From: Carcharhinus amblyrhynchos
Taxonomy: Eukaryota
Length of the DNA: 64,000 nt
Assembly (NCBI GenBank): GCA_965287045.1
Contig: OZ336888.1
Span: 22,258,001 to 22,322,000, forward strand
Reading direction: 5' to 3'
The notes below the pieces were generated by a model. That model was not told the origin of the DNA, did not search any database, and saw nothing but the letters and a program-made list of their open reading frames with translations. A program made the position numbers and the translations under genes. Shown here piece by piece: positions 58,588-64,000 of this stretch (its first letter is position 1; each line of letters opens with the position of its first letter).

Positions 58588-60294
58588 ATGTTAATGAAGA
58601 TCATGGAAGTCATCCCTCATGTGGTAGGGGATGGGGAAATGGCTGAGGTCTTGAATAACTTTTTTGTTTCGGTCTTCACGGAGGAGGACGTGAATAATTT
58701 GCCGGGTGTTAGCGATGGAAAGGTGGTAGGACTGGAGGGTCTCAATGACATTATTGTTACTAGAGAGGCGGTGCTCGACAGACTGGAGAGACTGATTGTG
58801 GACAAGTCCCCAGGACCGGATGGAATGCATCCGAGGGTTCTGAAAGAAATGACGGAGGTGATAGTGGATGCCTTGGTGGTTATTTTCCAAACGTCGCTGG
58901 ATTCCGGGGAAGTGCCGGAAGATTGGAAAACGGCTAATGTTACGCCGTTGTTTAAGAAGGGTGGCAGGCAAAAGGCAGGGAATTATAGGCCGGTTAGTTT
59001 AACGTCTGTTGTAGGTAAAATGTTAGAATCCGTCATCAAGGAGGAAATAGTGAGGCATCTTGAGGGGAATTGCTTGATAGAGCAGACGCAGCACGGTTTC
59101 GTTAAGGGGAAGTCGTGTCTGACAAATTTATTGGAGTTCTATGAGGATGTGTCTAGGGCGGTGGATAGAGGAGAGCCGGTGGATGTGGTCTTTCTTGATT
59201 TTCAGAAGGCGTTTGACAAGGTACCTCACAAGAGGTTATTGCAGAAGGTAAGGGGGCATGGAGTTGGGGGTAGGGTGTTAGCGTGGATAGAGGATTGGTT
59301 GTCAAATAGGAAGCAGAGAGTGGGGGTCAATGGGTGCTATTCGGATTGGCGGTTGGTGACTAGCGGAGTGCCCCAGGGGTCGGTGCTGGGGCCTCAGCTA
59401 TTTACCATTTATATAGATGATCTGGAGGAGGGAACCGAGTGTATGGTGTCGAAATTTGCTGATGACACCAAGATTGTGGGAACGGCAAATTGCGCGGAGG
59501 GTGTGGAGAGTCTGCAGAAGGATCTAGATAGGCTGGGCGAATGGGCCAGGAACTGGCAAATGGAATTTAATGTTGGCAAGTGTGAGGTGGTCCACTTTGG
59601 TAGGAATAATGGTAGGAAGGACTATTACTTACGTGGCGAAAAACTGCAGCAGTTGACGGTGCAGAGGGACCTCGGGGTCCTTGTGCATGAGTCGCAAAAA
59701 CCAAGCCTGCAGGTGCAGCAGGTGGTCAGGGAGGCGAATGGGATGCTGGCCTTCATAGCGAGGGGGATTGAATATAAAAGTAGGGAGGTCTTGCTGCAGC
59801 TGTGTAGGGCATTGGTGAGGCCGCAGCTGGAGTACTGTGTGCAGTTTTGGTCGCCGCACTTACGCAAGGATATTTTGGCCTTGGAGGGAGTGCAGAGGAG
59901 GTTTACTAGGCTGATACCGGAGTTGAGGGGGTTGAGCTATGAGGAGAGGCTGAATAAACTAGGCTTGTACTCGTTAGAGTTTAGAAGAATGAGGGGATAT
60001 CTCATTGAGACATATAAGATGATGAATGGGATTGGTAGGATAGAGGTGGAGAGACTCTTCCCACTCAGAAAGGACAGTAGGACTAGGGGGCACAGCCTCA
60101 AGATAAAGGGGGGGCAGTTTAGAACGGAGTTGAGGAGGAACTTCTTCACTGAAAGGGTGGTGAATCTCTGGAATTCTCTGCCCGTTGAGGTGGTGGAGGC
60201 TGCCTCGCTAAATATTTTTAAGACGCGGGTTGATGGGTTTTTGATAAGCGAGGGGATTAAGGGTAATGGGGAGAGGGCAGGAATGTGGAACTGA
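58588..60294 (+). CDS. Uninterrupted 568-aa CR1 ORF2 fragment: complete RT domain and C-terminus, no endonuclease
   Basis: [59 protein letters not shown]; the first ~11 codons come from flanking DNA. Confidence 0.85.
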   Translation: MLMKIMEVIPHVVGDGEMAEVLNNFFVSVFTEEDVNNLPGVSDGKVVGLEGLNDIIVTREAVLDRLERLIVDKSPGPDGMHPRVLKEMTEVIVDALVVIFQTSLDSGEVPEDWKTANVTPLFKKGGRQKAGNYRPVSLTSVVGKMLESVIKEEIVRHLEGNCLIEQTQHGFVKGKSCLTNLLEFYEDVSRAVDRGEPVDVVFLDFQKAFDKVPHKRLLQKVRGHGVGGRVLAWIEDWLSNRKQRVGVNGCYSDWRLVTSGVPQGSVLGPQLFTIYIDDLEEGTECMVSKFADDTKIVGTANCAEGVESLQKDLDRLGEWARNWQMEFNVGKCEVVHFGRNNGRKDYYLRGEKLQQLTVQRDLGVLVHESQKPSLQVQQVVREANGMLAFIARGIEYKSREVLLQLCRALVRPQLEYCVQFWSPHLRKDILALEGVQRRFTRLIPELRGLSYEERLNKLGLYSLEFRRMRGYLIETYKMMNGIGRIEVERLFPLRKDSRTRGHSLKIKGGQFRTELRRNFFTERVVNLWNSLPVEVVEAASLNIFKTRVDGFLISEGIKGNGERAGMWN

Positions 60295-60390
60295 GACACG
60301 ACAGATCAGCCATGATCTTATTGAATGGCGGGGCAGGCTCGAAGGGCTGGATGGCCTACTCCTGTTCCTATTTCTTATGTTCTTATGTTC
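58621..60390 (+). mobile_element. Young CR1 LINE, 5'-truncated, 1.77 kb
   Basis: ORF above plus 3'UTR and (ttatgttc)n tail; same subfamily as the 52-56 kb pair. Confidence 0.96.
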
Positions 60391-60769
60391 TGCTCAATAT
60401 TTATAGTTGCAGTACATAGATTGGCTGCTGTCTTTTCTACATTATAACAGTGACTAAAATCCAAAACTTTCATTGAGTGTAAAGTGTTTTGGTATCACCT
60501 GAATGGGGTGCTATATGAATGTAAGCTTCCCTTCTTTCTGTAAGTACTCTTGAAAATGAGTCCACCTTAGCGAGATGATAGCCGGGACTGTTGCAGCAAT
60601 TAAAAGGACATCCTAGGATTTTTTTTTGCCTGTAATAAAATGTTTCACTGCAGTTTCTCAGCCTGGTGCCTTATCTGGTAATCATGCCAAGCAAAATCCT
60701 ATTTTTTGACCCAGCAATGTTCCGTAAAGGAAGTGACACAGTATTTGCAGTGAGTGCCAAATCATTTCA

Positions 60770-61320
60770 TCTCCACATATTTTTCTCAGGAGGCTAAGGA
60801 AATTTGGCGTGTCAGCTACGATTTTCACCAACTTTTACAGATACACCATAGAAAGCATTCTTTCTGGCTGTATCACAGCTTGGTATGGCTCCAAGACTGC
60901 TCTGTCCAAGACCACAAGGAACTACAAAGGCCCATAAACAAAGTCCAGTCCATCACTCAAACCAGCCCTCCCATCCGTTGACACAGTCTACACTTTCCAT
61001 TGTCTCGGAAAAGCAACCAGCATAATCAAGGACCCCGGACATTCTCTCTTCCACCTTCTTCTGTGAGGAAAAAGATATAAAAATCTAAGGTGATATAACA
61101 ACCGTTTCAAGTATAGCTTCTTCCCTGCTGTCGTCAGACTTTTGAATGGACCTACCTCATATTAAGTTGATCTCTCTCTACACCCTAGCCATGACTGTAA
61201 CATTACATTCTGCACCCTCTCTTTTCCTTCTCTATGAACGTCTGTATAGTGCACAGGAAACAATGTTTTTTCACTGTATACACTAATACATGTGACAATA
61301 ATAAATCAAGTCAAACCAAG
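60770..61320 (+). mobile_element. Rex1/Babar-type LINE 3' fragment
   Basis: FLRRLRKFG..TNFYRYTIESILSGCITAWYG; tail catgtgacaataataaatcaagtcaaa. Confidence 0.87.
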
Positions 61321-62115
61321 TTAACTGACCTGGGGCAGCCAAGTCACACTTGTTGCACTGTAAAGAGCATCTTTTACAGCTGCACCAACTTGGCCGTGAA
61401 TAACTGAACACCAACTGCAGTTTAACAGCAAACGGGACGTGTCAGATTACTCTTCACAACCCTCCTTTCTCCAGCAAGTGTTCCGTTATTCACAGATGAT
61501 CAAATAGAGCATCAGACTATCAAGCTAGACATTTCATCGTATCTGTCCTCACATTCCTTCCTTGGCATGGTGGTGTTTAGCTTCAAGCTGTGCGTTCGAA
61601 CCTTGCCCCAGAGACTTGAGCAAATCTAAACTGACACTTCAGTGCCTTGCTGAGGGACTGCTGCATTATCAGAGGTGGCATCTTTTGGATGAAACTGGGG
61701 CACGGTCTGCCAGCTCAGATGGATGTAAAAGATCCCAGGGTACTAATTAGCAAGAGACAGGGGGTTATTCCAGTGCCTTGGCCAACATTTGCCATTCGAG
61801 CAGAACTACTAAAAACAGACTATCTGTTCATTTATCTCTTATCACATGTGTACAGCTGAAGTAGGGAAAGGGTTAATGAATTTTGTACCTAGAATATATC
61901 ACAAACATAATCTTTCATCATGGCTGATCCGCCCAGGCTTATATTGCTCCTGGCGTTAATGTAAATCAGCCTTGCCAAAGGAGGGTTGTAAAGGGTGATC
62001 CTATTTGTTGGTAAACTTCAATGGGTGTTCAGTTATCCAGGGGCAAGTTCATGCAGCTGAAAAAGATACTTCTTACAGTACAGTAGGTATAAGTTGGCTG
62101 CCCCAGGTCAGCTAC
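61321..62115. repeat. Foldback element with ~150-bp imperfect inverted arms (61321-61478 and 61971-62115)
   Basis: ctgacctggggcagccaa..cagctgca..ataactgaacacc..acaaccctccttt is mirrored on the right arm. Confidence 0.8.
61570..61850 (+). mobile_element. DeuSINE (SacSINE1/AmnSINE1-like), inside the foldback element
   Basis: gttcgaacc B-box, gaggtggcatcttttggatga..gatgtaaaagatcccagggtacta..tggccaacattt Deu-domain motifs. Confidence 0.75.
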
Positions 62116-62139
62116 CGTCTTCTGATATCAGTTTAATTT

Positions 62140-62445
62140 AGTTTAGTTTAGTTTATTTATTTGTTGGTGTCACAAGTAAGCTTACATTAACACTGCAATA
62201 AAGTTACTATGAAAATCCCCTCATCGCCACACTTTGGCACCCATTGGGCACACTGAGGGAGAATTTAGCATGGCCAATCCATCTAACCACCTTTCTGGAC
62301 TGTGGGAGGAAAGTGGAGCATCCGGAGGAAACCCACGCAGACATGGGGAGAACGAGCAGACTCCACACAGACAGTGACTCAAGCTGGGAACCAATCCCAG
62401 GTCCCTGGTGCAGTGAGGTGGCAGTGTTAACCACTGTGTCACCGA
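62140..62445 (-). mobile_element. HE1 V-SINE, type B
   Basis: Complete element with (taaac)n tail. Confidence 0.9.
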
Positions 62446-64000
62446 GCCGTTATAATTATGCAATTATGTGGAGATTCAAAGAGTTGGCACTCACTTCAAA
62501 AGCGTTGTCACCTCCCTTATGGACAAGAAATAGGACTTTGGTTTGTATGATTACCAGCCTCAGATATTGCAGTGAAGCTTTTTATTACAGTTAAAAGAAT
62601 AAGCCTGTGTTATCCTTTTAATTGTTACAATAGTACCAACTATCCCATCCAGCTGATGTAGACTCATGATGGAGAGCACTTAAGAAAGAATTAAAGACAT
62701 GCATTTATATGGCACCTTACACTACTTCAACTGTTTTCGCAATATTCCACGATTACCTGTCAAACGTACTTAATTGTTGCTCACATACCATAGCGCACAA
62801 ATAAAAACACTGGAATAGAGAAGCAAGAAATGTAATCCTGCAGAACCAAAGATTTTTTAACATAAATTAGCACTGAAGGATATTGAAGAAAACAGCCTTC
62901 ATACGTTCAAGTCACAATTGGATGCATTTCAGGAGACTGAAGGAATTATGAGATAACCAGTTATTTCTTTGCATGACTGATTAAAAGGGATGTTAAATAT
63001 TATGCCCAGTGTCAGTTGAATGCTTCCATTCTTGTCAGTTGTGTATTTTTGAGTCTTGCTAGCTATATTGATATGTGAGAGTCTTGAAGTTGAAATTTGT
63101 CTTGGGGATGATATAAAACGGTGGTACCACATTTGCATTTGCAATGGTTTTAACGTGGTTACTTTCATGGGTGGCTGAGATGCCTACTTGGATCAAGTGG
63201 GAGCTTGCACCAGAGTAGGACTCTTGAAGGGAACAAAACCACACCATGAAAGACAGTTCTTAGATTAAAAGCTGAGAAAATAAAAGAGCAGAAGTAAACC
63301 CTGGGGAGATACGAATCACCTGAGATGGGTTCCTGGAAATTTAATATCTGTCTCAAAGAGAACGTAAATATTCTGTGAAGTGGTTTTGTTAGCTGTGTTA
63401 AAACTTAAGAAAAATTATTTTTAGCAGCTAACGAGCATATAAGTTTCAAAAGACATTGTTACTCAAGAAGATCAATCTGCTTCTCTGTGATGTGTGCCAG
63501 TGGCAAACGCTTCTTTTGGCTTTTGTTTTATTGTTGGTCACTGTTGTTGTCACTCGTTTACTTTCATTTAAAGTATAAGTTGCCCACAAAATTAGTAACC
63601 CAGATTGTTGCTATGAAGGAGAGCCTCTCAATCCTAGCAAAAATGGTGGAACTGTCCAAAATTTGTCAATCCTGCCCCTGAATAAGGAACATCCCATTTT
63701 GCAGGGCTAGGATTGGGAAGTGGTTCACGTTTCATGCATGTGCAACTTGCAAAGGCAGCTGGCCATGAAACCATCAGCTGCCTCCACTGAAGTTGGATTT
63801 TGGTAGCCCTGGTGGAGAGTGAAAGCCATAGTATACAGAGTAAACCAGGTAAGAGCTGGTCTAAGGTTTGTGGATCTATCTGTATAACCAGGATATCCCT
63901 TTATAGAGATAAGACACCCCTTTAAATCTGATCCCAGGATCCCAAGTGCCTCTCGAATGTGTTAAACATTGGCATGAATGTGTGTAAAAGTGCACAAAAT

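Larger units (their letters stand above)
58520..60540 (+). mobile_element. DeuSINE (SacSINE1/AmnSINE1-like) split by the CR1 insertion: 58520-58622 and 60387-60540
   Basis: gatgag..ttaaacca..atgtaaaagattccatagcac (Deu domain) at left; ttggctgctg..tacattataacagtgact..gctatatgaatgtaag tail at right. Confidence 0.7.

Noticed and set aside
58591-60299. Antisense ORFs over the CR1 copy
   Set aside because: Shadow frames of the CR1 ORF2
1042-62594. Many 60-120 aa ORFs with recurring text such as WLGSLSVWSLH, CLRGFPPGA and ENLAWPMHLT
   Set aside because: They are translations of HE1 SINE copies, not genes

Overview
Repeat-dense vertebrate intronic or intergenic DNA, almost certainly from a shark (elasmobranch). 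It carries about 25 HE1-type V-SINE copies, HER1/CR1 LINEs, Rex1/Babar and Tx1 LINE fragments, DeuSINE copies, Gypsy LTR relics, Harbinger-like MITEs and two families of Penelope-like elements (PLEs). No host protein-coding exon could be recognised, and nearly all listed ORFs are TE fragments or shadow frames. The most striking signal is a PLE/hammerhead-ribozyme system. Five related insertions retain the pseudo-LTR region, which contains a minimal type-I hammerhead motif (CTGA[C/T]GA..stemII..GAAAGCTT); a sixth is a 69-bp tail-only insert. Four of the six have readable 12-13 bp TSDs, and three have the 3' tail displaced and inverted at the opposite junction. One copy (39581-39890) is a perfect 130-bp-arm palindrome with a hammerhead on each strand. 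Also notable: a Gypsy gag relic hit by three PLE insertions, a cryptic ~31-bp-period tandem array (24.3-26.3 kb), a ~0.8-kb long-armed foldback element containing a DeuSINE, and three young CR1 copies (an inverted pair plus one with an uninterrupted 568-codon RT ORF). All identifications were made by eye, and the boundaries of decayed repeats are approximate.
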